From positions 448,001 to 512,000 of the forward strand of contig CBDAOB010000004.1 of the NCBI GenBank assembly GCA_965197905.1: a stretch of 64,000 nucleotides of DNA, written 5' to 3'. The DNA comes from Candidatus Latescibacterota bacterium (GTDB lineage: Bacteria; Latescibacterota; UBA2968; UBA8231). Both the position numbers and the translations under genes were made by a program. The first letter of the stretch is position 1. Each line of letters begins with the position of its first letter. This document shows positions 39,591 through 49,192 of this stretch, in pieces. The notes below the pieces were generated by a model. It did not search any database. It was given only the letters and a program-made list of their open reading frames with translations, and was not told the origin of the DNA.

Positions 39591-40368
39591 TTCCCTCCTT
39601 TGCGTCGGCCTCGACCCGGTAGTCGATAGGCTGCCGGATAGCGTTCAATCCAAAGACAACCCCGCTCTTTACTTCTGCAAGAAAATCATTGATGCGACCA
39701 CCGATCTAGCCTGCGCCTACAAACCTAACTTCGGTTTCTTCGGCGCCTTGGGAGAATCGGGCTGGGCCACACTCAAGGCGACGTTGGATCACGTGCCGGC
39801 GGAGATCCCCACGATCATCGACGCCAAGGTCGGCGACATCGAATCCAGTGCCGTCCGCTACGCGGAGATGTATTTCGAGGTCCTTGGTGGTGATGCCGTG
39901 ACGGTCAATCCGTACATGGGAAGCGATGCGGTTCGGCCGTTTCTCGAGCGGCCAGACAAGGCCGCCTTCGTACTTTGTTTAACATCGAATAAATCTTCCG
40001 CGGAGTTCGAGACGCTGGCCACAGATGATGGCGCCTTCTACGAGCTCGTAGCTCGCAAAGCGGCTGAGTGGGGGAAATCAGGCAACTGCGGACTGGTCGT
40101 CGGCGCCACCAAATCCGAGATGATTAGCCGGATTCGGTCGCTTGCCCCCGAACTACCCATGCTGATACCAGGGGTCGGTGCGCAAGGCGGCGACCTCGCC
40201 TCCGCAGTCGCTTCAGGTGCGGACGCGGACGGGGCAGGAATTCTTATCAACGCTTCCCGTTCGATCCTGTACGCTGGAAGTGGAGCGGATTTCGACGGGG
40301 AGGCCAGAAGCGTGGCAAGCGATCTGCGGGACGAGATTAATCAGTACCGAAATCCAGTTACAGCGTAG
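39547..40368 (+). CDS. pyrF: Orotidine-5'-phosphate decarboxylase
   Basis: LCVGLDP, YKPN, DAKVGDI, LTSN, GLVVGAT, LIPGVGAQGG and NASR motifs. TTG start after GGAGGA. Confidence 0.95.
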   Translation: MTFAEKLKTATGRNDSLLCVGLDPVVDRLPDSVQSKDNPALYFCKKIIDATTDLACAYKPNFGFFGALGESGWATLKATLDHVPAEIPTIIDAKVGDIESSAVRYAEMYFEVLGGDAVTVNPYMGSDAVRPFLERPDKAAFVLCLTSNKSSAEFETLATDDGAFYELVARKAAEWGKSGNCGLVVGATKSEMISRIRSLAPELPMLIPGVGAQGGDLASAVASGADADGAGILINASRSILYAGSGADFDGEARSVASDLRDEINQYRNPVTA

Positions 40369-40405
40369 CGGCCCACGGCCTGGGGGCCCTATCGCAGCTT
40401 GTCGT

Positions 40406-40483
40406 CGGGGTGTAGCGCAGTCCGGCTAGCGCACCTGCTTTGGGAGCAGGGGGTCCCGGGTTCGAATCCCGGCACCCCGACCA
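40406..40483 (+). tRNA. tRNA-Pro(TGG)
   Basis: CGGGGTG/CACCCCG acceptor, CCTGC-TTTGGGA-GCAGG anticodon arm, GTTCGA, CCA. Confidence 0.95.
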
Positions 40484-40721
40484 TCTCTTTTAGAAACAAT
40501 CATTTAAGTACCTTCTGATCGCCCTCCGTTTTCGTTTACCAAGACAGGTGGCCATTTCGTCTGCGTAAGCGCACTAATATATTAAAAAACAAGATCTTAC
40601 GAGAGTTTTTCTTATGAGCACCTTGGTTCCTTGGTGACCTATAGGTGACATAATTGGCCAAGTATTGGTCTACCGAGGGCAACGTCCACACAACCTAAGT
40701 TGTTGTTTGAAAGGCTGTGTT

Positions 40722-40765
40722 GCCGGCCTCTCACGTCGGTAACACGGGTTCGAATCCCGTACGGG
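40722..40765 (+). pseudogene. 3' half of a tRNA-Glu(CTC), att remnant
   Basis: CCGGC-CTCTCAC-GTCGG anticodon arm and ACGGGTTCGAATCCCGT T-arm. No D-arm, 5' acceptor strand or CCA. Confidence 0.75.
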
Positions 40766-41409
40766 CCTGAAGGTAAAATCAGGATCCCCTTTCTTTTATA
40801 ATATCACCCGAAAAATCACTGCATTAGGCAGTTTTCGACAGTGGACCTGTTGGCACCGGTCGCTGATGAAAAGCGCGACTTGTCCTGCGTTCGCGGTTCA
40901 AATTGATGTTGCTGGCTCCTGTCCAGCCTGATCGGACTGCTACGGAGTTGGCGATCGGCCGAGGGATGCACAGTTTTGCTCGGCTTACGATCTGCGCTCC
41001 AGCAGTCGTCGAGCACCCCGGCGAGCGCACCTCGCATCTATCAGATGCTGAATATGGTCAGCTCACGTAAGAAGATCAACGCGATCATTAGCGGAGCCAG
41101 CGGTCGCTAGCGGGTTCAGCCGTCCGAGCAGCCGGTGGCAACGCTGGACGACTTGGCGGCAGTGTCCTACGGCATCCAGAAATGCCCCGAGAATCGCCCC
41201 GGCCAACATGCGCGACCCACCGAGTCGCCGAGCTGTCGGAGGCTCTCTTTCCTCCGTAGATTCTGCCGGTAGTTAACGTTTGAAAGCAAGCTATCTCTAT
41301 CGTGTTTTCCTCCGCGCAGGCGTTCCGCGAACGAACCTTCGGTTCCAAGTTCTTTACATGCAGTGCTGACAGGGCGACCGTTTCGATTTTTTCGCGCAAC
41401 CTGAAGGCT

Positions 41410-42795
41410 GTGCTCGACCTCGCTATTGCCTGCACCTACGCGCTCGCCATCTCCTGTTCCCAACCTGAAACGCCCTCCGAGGCCACGTTTCCTCAGATCC
41501 TCGAAGGGAAGGATCCGAGCCTGGTCGCCCTGGTCCGGAAATCGTTGCGGGCGGCCAACGGCGATCCGCGCGACCAGGAGGCCTGGCTGCGTCTGGGGTT
41601 TGTCTATGAAGCCAACGGCCTGGATTCCCTCGCACTGACCATCTACGATCGTGCGCTGGCGGTCGCAGACACCAGCGCCCGCGCGTGGTACAGGATTTTT
41701 GTGGTAAGCAGCCGACAAGGAGATCTGGTGCGGGCTACGGAAGCGAACGCACAGACGTTGAAGCTCGCTCCGAGCTATGCGCCTTTGCACATCCGCTCGG
41801 GGCTCTGGCATCTGGACATGGAGCGAAGGGTGCAGGCCCGCAGGGCTCTCGAGCGCTCAATCGAGCTCGACCCGGAAAATCCGGGGGGCTATTGGGGCCT
41901 GGCGCGCATCATGATACTCGATGACGAGCCGGAGCAGGCAGTTATGCTCCTGGAGCGGCTGCTGCCCAAGCGCCCCGACGACCTTTACACATACCAGTTG
42001 CTGGGCAATGCCTACCGGCAAGTGGGTCAGTGGGAGAAGGCCCAGGTTGCGCTCGGAAAGGGCAAGGGGGGAGGTCCAACCTGGCGTGATCCGTGGCACG
42101 AGGAAGTCACACCCTACGAAACCGGTCTGCGGGTCGAGGTCGAGCGGGTGCGGGCTTTCATTGCGCGTGGTATTCCGCAACTCGCCGTCGTCGAACTACA
42201 GAAACTGCGACAGCTGCATCCAGGGAGCCTCATTGTGCTCAAAATGCTGGGCAAAGTATTGGTTCTAACGCAGCAATGGGAGAAGGCGCTCGAGGTTTAT
42301 GCACAGGCCCAGAGCAAACATCCCCAGGATGCCGAGCTCTCTCAAGGCATTGCTTCCGTCTATTTTGGTATGGGTGATCTCGACCGGGCGATGTCACAGT
42401 TGGAACTCGCCCTGGCCATCGACTCAACCCTTGCCAGCGCCCACGCTGGCCGCGGCAGCATACTAGTGCAGGAGCGCCAACTGCAGCAGGCAGCTGCGGC
42501 GTTTCAGCGTGCATCTGTATTAGAACCGAACAATCCAATCCATCTGGTGCGGCTGGGAATGGTTCAGTGCGAACTTCGGGAATGGGCGGCGGGACGCGAC
42601 AGCTTCAGAGGAGCGGTGGCGATCGATTCGATGCAACACGAGGGTTATCTCGGGTGGGCGGCGGCCGCCCGCGGCATGCAGAATCTCGAGGAGGCCGAAC
42701 GAGTGCTCCTGCGAGCTGTGGCGCTAATGCCAGAGTCGAAAACAGTGAGCTCCCTCCTGCAGGCCGTTCGCCGGCAGCGGTCGGAAGCGAACTGA
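41410..42795 (+). CDS. Tetratricopeptide repeat lipoprotein
   Basis: Multiple TPR units and a LAISC lipobox-like segment. Start uncertain (41302 or 41410). Confidence 0.8.
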   Translation: MLDLAIACTYALAISCSQPETPSEATFPQILEGKDPSLVALVRKSLRAANGDPRDQEAWLRLGFVYEANGLDSLALTIYDRALAVADTSARAWYRIFVVSSRQGDLVRATEANAQTLKLAPSYAPLHIRSGLWHLDMERRVQARRALERSIELDPENPGGYWGLARIMILDDEPEQAVMLLERLLPKRPDDLYTYQLLGNAYRQVGQWEKAQVALGKGKGGGPTWRDPWHEEVTPYETGLRVEVERVRAFIARGIPQLAVVELQKLRQLHPGSLIVLKMLGKVLVLTQQWEKALEVYAQAQSKHPQDAELSQGIASVYFGMGDLDRAMSQLELALAIDSTLASAHAGRGSILVQERQLQQAAAAFQRASVLEPNNPIHLVRLGMVQCELREWAAGRDSFRGAVAIDSMQHEGYLGWAAAARGMQNLEEAERVLLRAVALMPESKTVSSLLQAVRRQRSEAN

Positions 42796-42808
42796 GTCAG
42801 CAAGTCCA

Positions 42809-44542
42809 TTGCGTCGTGTCAACGAACATCAACGCCGTCGTTTCCTCTCTTTTTTGAGTGCCCTGTTACTCCCCATGCTAGGGGTCGGGTGTGCTGACGA
42901 CCGCGGCGATCAGAAGGGGCTGTCGCAGGCAGCTAATTCGAGTCATCCCCAACAACGATCCTGGTTCCAGGAGGTTGCCCAGGAACGAGGAATTCGGTTC
43001 ATCCTCGATTCCGGATTCAGGGAGCACCATCGGCTTCCGGAGATCATGACAGGCGGTGCGGCGTTGTTCGACATGGATAACGATGGTGACCTGGATGCCT
43101 ATCTGGTACAAGCCGGAAGCCTGGAAGACAGCACCCGACTGACCGGGAATCGCCTCTTAAGCAACGACGGCAGCGGCTTCTTCACCGATGTCACGAAAGC
43201 CAGCGGAAGTGGTCACCGGGGGTACGGTATGGGGGCTGGCACCGGCGATTTTGATGGTGACGGCTTGACCGATCTTTTTGTATCGAATTTCGGCGCGAAC
43301 CTGCTGCTTGAGAACAAAGGTGACGGAGTGTTTGCCGATGTTTCGATGCCGGCGGGTGTAGACGACAACCGGTGGGGAACCGGCTCGACCTTCTTTGACA
43401 TGGATCGGGACGGCGATCTGGATCTCTACGTGGCGAACTATCTCGACTGGTCGGTGGAGACCGACCAGGAATGCGTTTCTTCACTTGGAGAACCCGATTA
43501 TTGTGCTCCGGTCAATTTCGAGGCACCGGTGGCAGACCTGATCTACCGCAATGACGGCGAGGGGCGCTTCGAGGATGTGTCACAGCGGGCCGGGTTGCAT
43601 GAGTCTTTTGGCGCGGGGCTCGGTGTGGTGAGCGCCGACTTCGATGAAGACGGTCGCCTCGACATTTTCGTGGCCAACGACGGCAGCGCCAACCAGCTGT
43701 GGATGAATCAGGGGGATGGCACCTTTGCCGATCATGCGGTGCTTCGGGGATGTGCCGTGGATGACACTGGCGGCCCGAAGGCGTGCATGGGGGTGAACGT
43801 TGTAGATATCGACGACAATGGCACCCTAGACCTACACGTGGTGAACCTGGAGAGCGAAACCGACTCGTTCTATCGAAACGAAGGTGCCTTTTTTACGGAT
43901 GTGACGACAACGACGGGACTGGCTATCGGAAGCGCCCTGTTTACCCGCTTCGGAACGGGGATACTAGACTTCGACAACGACGGTTGGCTCGATCTCTATT
44001 CCGCCAATGGACGAGTCTTCAAGAACAATCCTAAACGATATTCGGACGATCCATTTGCCGAACCGAACATCCTCTTCCGCGGATCACCAGGTCCTCGATT
44101 CGAGGAGGTTCTGCCTCGAGGCGGAACTGCCGAGTTGCTGGTGGCTACCAGCCGCGGGGCCGCCTTTGGCGACGTGGATAACGATGGAGGCGTTGATGTG
44201 TTGGTGATCAATCGCGACGCATCAGCCTATCTGTTACACAACCGCGCCTCGGACCGCGGAAACTGGTTGATGTTCTGGGTGCTCGATCGAACCGGCAGCC
44301 CGGCGGAAGGGGCGCGGGTGACCATGCGTGTAGGATCGAGCCGGAAGATGCGCGAGGTGCGCTCGGCCTACAGCTACCTCGTCGCCAACGATCCGCGGGT
44401 CCATATCGGACTGGGAGATCTGTCGAAGGTCGCGGATGTCGAGGTGCGGTGGCCCGGCGGTGAGACCGAGGGTTTCGGCGATTTCGCTGGCAACCAGATT
44501 GTCTATCTGAGGAGGGGTGCGGGATCTCCTACCATACCGTGA
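42809..44542 (+). CDS. CRTAC1/ASPIC-UnbV family FG-GAP repeat lipoprotein
   Basis: Repeated DxDxDGxxD motifs and C-terminal RVHIGLG...EVRWPGG. Confidence 0.9.
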   Translation: MRRVNEHQRRRFLSFLSALLLPMLGVGCADDRGDQKGLSQAANSSHPQQRSWFQEVAQERGIRFILDSGFREHHRLPEIMTGGAALFDMDNDGDLDAYLVQAGSLEDSTRLTGNRLLSNDGSGFFTDVTKASGSGHRGYGMGAGTGDFDGDGLTDLFVSNFGANLLLENKGDGVFADVSMPAGVDDNRWGTGSTFFDMDRDGDLDLYVANYLDWSVETDQECVSSLGEPDYCAPVNFEAPVADLIYRNDGEGRFEDVSQRAGLHESFGAGLGVVSADFDEDGRLDIFVANDGSANQLWMNQGDGTFADHAVLRGCAVDDTGGPKACMGVNVVDIDDNGTLDLHVVNLESETDSFYRNEGAFFTDVTTTTGLAIGSALFTRFGTGILDFDNDGWLDLYSANGRVFKNNPKRYSDDPFAEPNILFRGSPGPRFEEVLPRGGTAELLVATSRGAAFGDVDNDGGVDVLVINRDASAYLLHNRASDRGNWLMFWVLDRTGSPAEGARVTMRVGSSRKMREVRSAYSYLVANDPRVHIGLGDLSKVADVEVRWPGGETEGFGDFAGNQIVYLRRGAGSPTIP

Positions 44543-44687
44543 AAATCAGAAAATCGGCTCACAGCCCGGGTCTTTGTCTGCCGCTGTTAGCGCTGTCGGC
44601 CACAGAGGCTCAGCTCCGGCCTCTTGGCGTTGCCTTCGACGGTGCGGGCAACCTGTACATCGCAGAAAGAAGCAACAAGCTCGTGCT

Positions 44688-45491
44688 CTACCCCTGCCAG
44701 TTGATGGTGCTGAAGTCGAAGTCGGAGGGAAACGGCTGGTGGGGATCGACATATCTCACTAGGTCCCGGAGGGCGATAACTGTATAGTCATTCTTGGCAA
44801 GGTACTTCACCCCTGCTTCAAAGATCTCGGGATCGGTGCTGCAGAAAGGATGATCAAGATCCGGCACTCCGTGGAAAGTAAGGACGCTGATTTTTCCGTC
44901 CCGCGCCTGCTCCACGGCTTCGACGATCTCGTCGAAGGTCGAATCCGCGCCCGGATGACCAGTCGCCGGTATTAGGAGGGGATGGTCTTTCTTCGGATCG
45001 TAAGCAGGACCATTACCCCCGCGTTGGTAGTCGGGCAGTGCCGTAACCGGCTCACATGCGCGGCGGGCGAACAGGTAGCCCTTTGCTTTGATAACCTCTA
45101 CTGCCTCAGCACTGGTATGTGACCCCGGATAGCAGAAGGTCGTCGGCCTCGGAATGCCGTGCTCTTTGCAGCGTTCCTCTATCTGTTCCACGTCCGCCCT
45201 GATCGCTTCTTTCGTCTGCTCGCGCATATCTACATGCCGACCAAGATGATTGCCGATCTCGAAACCGTCTTCGTGTAGCTGCCGGATCTCGTCCCAGGTC
45301 ACGTAGTATTCCTTGTGGCTCAGAAAACGCAGCCCCTCGGTAATGAAGAAGGTGCCGCCAAATCCATAACGCTTGAGCAGTGGCGCTGCGAATGTAGCCT
45401 GCGATTTGGCCCCATCATCGAACGTCATCACAACCAGGCGATCCGGTATGGGCGCGAGGTCACTGCTTTGTTTGGATGCTGTGGGCTTCAT
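44688..45491 (-). CDS. Polysaccharide deacetylase (CE4/NodB-like)
   Basis: TFDDG, EIGNH...H, FCYPG and LTFHG motifs. Confidence 0.85.
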   Translation of the reverse strand: MKPTASKQSSDLAPIPDRLVVMTFDDGAKSQATFAAPLLKRYGFGGTFFITEGLRFLSHKEYYVTWDEIRQLHEDGFEIGNHLGRHVDMREQTKEAIRADVEQIEERCKEHGIPRPTTFCYPGSHTSAEAVEVIKAKGYLFARRACEPVTALPDYQRGGNGPAYDPKKDHPLLIPATGHPGADSTFDEIVEAVEQARDGKISVLTFHGVPDLDHPFCSTDPEIFEAGVKYLAKNDYTVIALRDLVRYVDPHQPFPSDFDFSTINWQG

Positions 45492-45593
45492 AGTTCTCTC
45501 CCTTTCCAGTGCTCACGGTCTGTCCCGTAGTCTGTTCTAAGATATTCCGGCACAGTGCGGCTCGATCCGCTGGACAATTTGAGTCCCGCTGCG

Positions 45594-46300
45594 CTAGCTC
45601 CCTCGATGGACCTGCATAAAGCTACCCAGGATCTCGCTCTGGCAGGGATCGCGGAGGTCGCTCCGCGAATAGGCGACCATCAACATGTCCGGCGCCACCT
45701 CCTCAACCCAGCTGTGAGTGCAGCCGTCAAGAGACTGGGGACCGTGGTAATAGCAAAAGTGCCCGATCCAGTGGTGCCCCTCGTCCAGACTGAACGCCAA
45801 CCAATCCCCAGTGCGACCGTAGGCCACGACGAGTACGCCGCTGGCCATCCGACAGGCATTCGGCCACACCCCGCGATCGGCGATCTCGTCGGCGTGACTC
45901 CAGCTCTGTCCCCCATCGATCGAGCGGCTCAGGTAGAGGGGGGTGAAAGTAGAGTTCCAGGTCCCACCCGAACGTATGAAGCACAGAATCTCGCCGCTGG
46001 GCAAGACGAGCAGGCCCGGCTCGCAAAAGCCGTTCAGTCGGCGGTCGAATCCCGGGTCGAGGTCAAAGGCAACCGTTGACAAATAATGCCAGGTGTCGCC
46101 CCGATCAATCGAACGCACCACGAAGGTGCGCACCTTTACGTCATTCTCAAAAAAGCCGTGCAGCCCCGCCAGCAGGCTGCCGTCCTGGAGAACGGTTGTC
46201 GAATGGTCTACCCAGGTATGCGGCGCGGGCCGGCTAGAATGAAGTTTGGGCATGTCCACCAGGGTGGCGACTCCCTGCTCGTGCGTGTTCCGCACGAAGC
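45594..46300 (-). pseudogene. Sialidase/BNR-repeat protein fragment (5' truncated)
   Basis: Asp boxes SIDRGDTW, SIDGGQSW and SLDEGHHW. No credible N-terminus before the divergent GH78 gene. Confidence 0.65.
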
Positions 46301-46460
46301 GAATAATCTGGCGGGAGACCCTGCCGTCGCAGCGCAACTGGACAGGCATCGCGCGCGCTGCGATGAGTGGAAGGCAAGGTTGCAGAGCAGCTGAACTAGA
46401 GAAGGCTCCCCTCGGTGACCACTGGAAAGGAAACGTCGTGACCTCAATAGGCGCCTGCAC

Positions 46461-49190
46461 ATGGAGAAACACAAAATGGTGACTCCGATCGAGTTGAAGT
46501 GCGAATATGCCGTCAATCCCCTGGGTATCGATGTGAACCAGCCGCGTTTTTCCTGGGTGCTGGAGGCGGATCGACGCGGGCAACGGCAGTCCGCCTACCA
46601 AATCCTGGTCGTCGGCTCCAAAGAGGCCATCGCTTCCGGCAGCGGCGACAAATGGGACAGTGGCAAGGTAGAATCGGAGGGGTCGGTTAATGTAGTCTAC
46701 GAAGGCGAGACTTTAACCAGCGGTGAAGTGTGCTGGTGGAAGGTGCGCGTGTGGGATGTGGACGACAATCCCGGTCCGTGGAGTGAGGCAGCCACCTTCA
46801 GCATGGGCTTGTTGGAGACAGGTGACTGGCAGGGCAAGTGGATTGCCGCCGGAAAGGATATCTCTTCTCCGCTTCTGCGCAAGGAGATCGCGCTCGACAA
46901 GAAAGTCAAAAAGGCAAGCGTCTTTATCTCCGGCCTGGGATACTATGAACTCTACATCAATGGGGAAAGAGTGGGCGATCACGTCCTCGATCCAGGCACG
47001 ACCTACTACAACAACGACGAGCCGATCGAGCTGGGCGCGCGCGTGTTGTACGCGACTTACGAGGTGAGCACTCACCTCCAGGCCGGTGCCAATGCCCTCG
47101 GGGTGATGCTGGGCCATGGGTGGTACAGCGCCGAAGCCGACATCCCCCCCTCGCCGATCCATCGCGAGCCCTACGGCGACCGACCGCGTCTGATCCTGCA
47201 GATAGATGTCGAATTCGTCGATGGAGCGCGCGCGCATTTCGCCAGTGACGACACGTGGAAAGTGGCCGGCGGTCCGATCACCTACAACGATTACTGCCAC
47301 GGCGAAACCTATGACGCGCGCCTGGAAAAACCCGGCTGGGACAAGCCCGGTTGTGATGATTCGGCCTGGGAGCAGGCCTCGTTGGCAGAAGCGCCTGGCG
47401 GGGTTATGACCGCGCAGGCGCTGCCGCCGATCCGGGTGATGAAGACCCTGAAGCCGGTGCGGACACTCCGTCCCAACGAAGGCACCTATGTCTTTGATTT
47501 CGGCCAGCATTTCTGTGGCTGGTGCAGACTGCGCCTACGGGGACCGGGAGGCGCCCAGGTTAGATTGAAACACGGCGCCTGCGTGTACGACGATGGCACA
47601 TTGGATGCCAGAAGCAACCTGTTCGATCAGGGTCGTACCGACCATGTTGCCAGACAGACCGACACCTACATCTTGAAAGGTGAAGGTACCGAGGTGTGGG
47701 AGCCGCGCTTTACGCTGCACGGTTTTCGCTATGTAGAGATCAAGGGCTATCCCGGCGAGCCAGGCCCGGACAGCCTGGAGGGACGGGTTGTCTATTCCTC
47801 GGTGGACACTACCGGTAGTTTCACCTGCTCCAATGCCCTGATCAACCAGATTCACCACAACATCTGCTGGACATTTACTAGCAGTATGCAGGGTTTTCCT
47901 CAGGATGCGGCGGATCGCTCGGAACGAGTCGGGTGGTTGGGCGATCCCATAGCAGAAGATTACATCTTCAACTTTGACACCGCCTGCTTCTGGACGAAAT
48001 GGGCCGACGACTTAAAAGATGCGCAGAAGCCCGATGGGGATATTCCTGTTGTCTGTCCACTACACTGGCGACGCTCGCACGATGCTTTCAGAAAGATGCC
48101 TGTTTGGAAAAGCACGTATCCGCTCGTCGTCTGGTACGTCTACGAATTCTACGACGACGAGCGCATCCTGACCTCACATTACGACGGCATGGTCAAGCTG
48201 GTGGAATTCCTGCGCACCAAGTCGAGGGATCATATCATTTCTGAAGGTCTCGGCGACCACATGGAGCCCCAGACCGACGGCACCACCAGCCACCGGCCGC
48301 TGCACACGCCACCGGCGCTCACCTCGACGGCGTATTATTATTTTGACGCCTGGATTGTGGCCCTCGCAGCCAAGATTCTGGGCAAAAGCGGAGATGCAAG
48401 GGATTATGGAAAGCTAGCGGCAGAGATCAAAGAGGCGTTCAATCGGGAGTTCCTACACAGAGACACTCATCAGTATGCGTCCGGCAGCCAGACGGCCAAT
48501 GCGCTGCCCCTGGCTCTCGACATGGTCCCCGAAGACCGGGTCGAGGCGGTTGTGAAGAATCTACTCGACGACATCGCCACGCGGCACAACGGGCACCTGT
48601 CGACGGGCCTGATCGGCACCAACGCCCTGGCACTCGCCCTGCCCCGGTACGGCGCAGCGGACGTTTTGTACGGCATCGCGACCCAGACCTCCTTTCCAAG
48701 CTGGGGCTATCAAATCGAGCGCGGGGCGACTACCCTCTGGGAGACCTGGGACGGCAATCCAGAAGAGCAACTGAGCTACAACATGAAGATCTTCGCCAGC
48801 ATCGACAAGTTCTTCTACAAGGACCTGGCCGGTATTCGTCCTGCTGCTCCCGGGTTTCGGCGCATGGTGATCAAGCCATGCGTCGTGGGAGATTTGACCT
48901 ACGTCAGGGCATCGACGCACACCGTGAGAGGGTTGGTGGCGGTTGAGTGGAAAAGAGGAGATGCAGCTCTCGATATGAGCGTAACGATCCCGGTCAATAG
49001 CCGGGCCGAATTGAACGTCCCGAAGATCGGACTGCAGAATGTCAGCATCAAAGAGGGCTCCACAACAATCTGGGAAGATGGCACCTATAGAGGCGGAGTT
49101 GCAGGTATAGACGGAGGTAGTCAAACGCCCGACTATGTGACTTTCGATGTCGGATCTGGATCGTATGAGCTCCAATTGGCTGGCCATTAA
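46461..49190 (+). CDS. Alpha-L-rhamnosidase, GH78
   Basis: NPLGID.PRFSW, GLGYYE.NG, FDFGQ, FTLHGFRYV, RSERVGWLGD and GATTLWETW motifs. Confidence 0.92.
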   Translation: MEKHKMVTPIELKCEYAVNPLGIDVNQPRFSWVLEADRRGQRQSAYQILVVGSKEAIASGSGDKWDSGKVESEGSVNVVYEGETLTSGEVCWWKVRVWDVDDNPGPWSEAATFSMGLLETGDWQGKWIAAGKDISSPLLRKEIALDKKVKKASVFISGLGYYELYINGERVGDHVLDPGTTYYNNDEPIELGARVLYATYEVSTHLQAGANALGVMLGHGWYSAEADIPPSPIHREPYGDRPRLILQIDVEFVDGARAHFASDDTWKVAGGPITYNDYCHGETYDARLEKPGWDKPGCDDSAWEQASLAEAPGGVMTAQALPPIRVMKTLKPVRTLRPNEGTYVFDFGQHFCGWCRLRLRGPGGAQVRLKHGACVYDDGTLDARSNLFDQGRTDHVARQTDTYILKGEGTEVWEPRFTLHGFRYVEIKGYPGEPGPDSLEGRVVYSSVDTTGSFTCSNALINQIHHNICWTFTSSMQGFPQDAADRSERVGWLGDPIAEDYIFNFDTACFWTKWADDLKDAQKPDGDIPVVCPLHWRRSHDAFRKMPVWKSTYPLVVWYVYEFYDDERILTSHYDGMVKLVEFLRTKSRDHIISEGLGDHMEPQTDGTTSHRPLHTPPALTSTAYYYFDAWIVALAAKILGKSGDARDYGKLAAEIKEAFNREFLHRDTHQYASGSQTANALPLALDMVPEDRVEAVVKNLLDDIATRHNGHLSTGLIGTNALALALPRYGAADVLYGIATQTSFPSWGYQIERGATTLWETWDGNPEEQLSYNMKIFASIDKFFYKDLAGIRPAAPGFRRMVIKPCVVGDLTYVRASTHTVRGLVAVEWKRGDAALDMSVTIPVNSRAELNVPKIGLQNVSIKEGSTTIWEDGTYRGGVAGIDGGSQTPDYVTFDVGSGSYELQLAGH

Positions 49191-49192
49191 CA

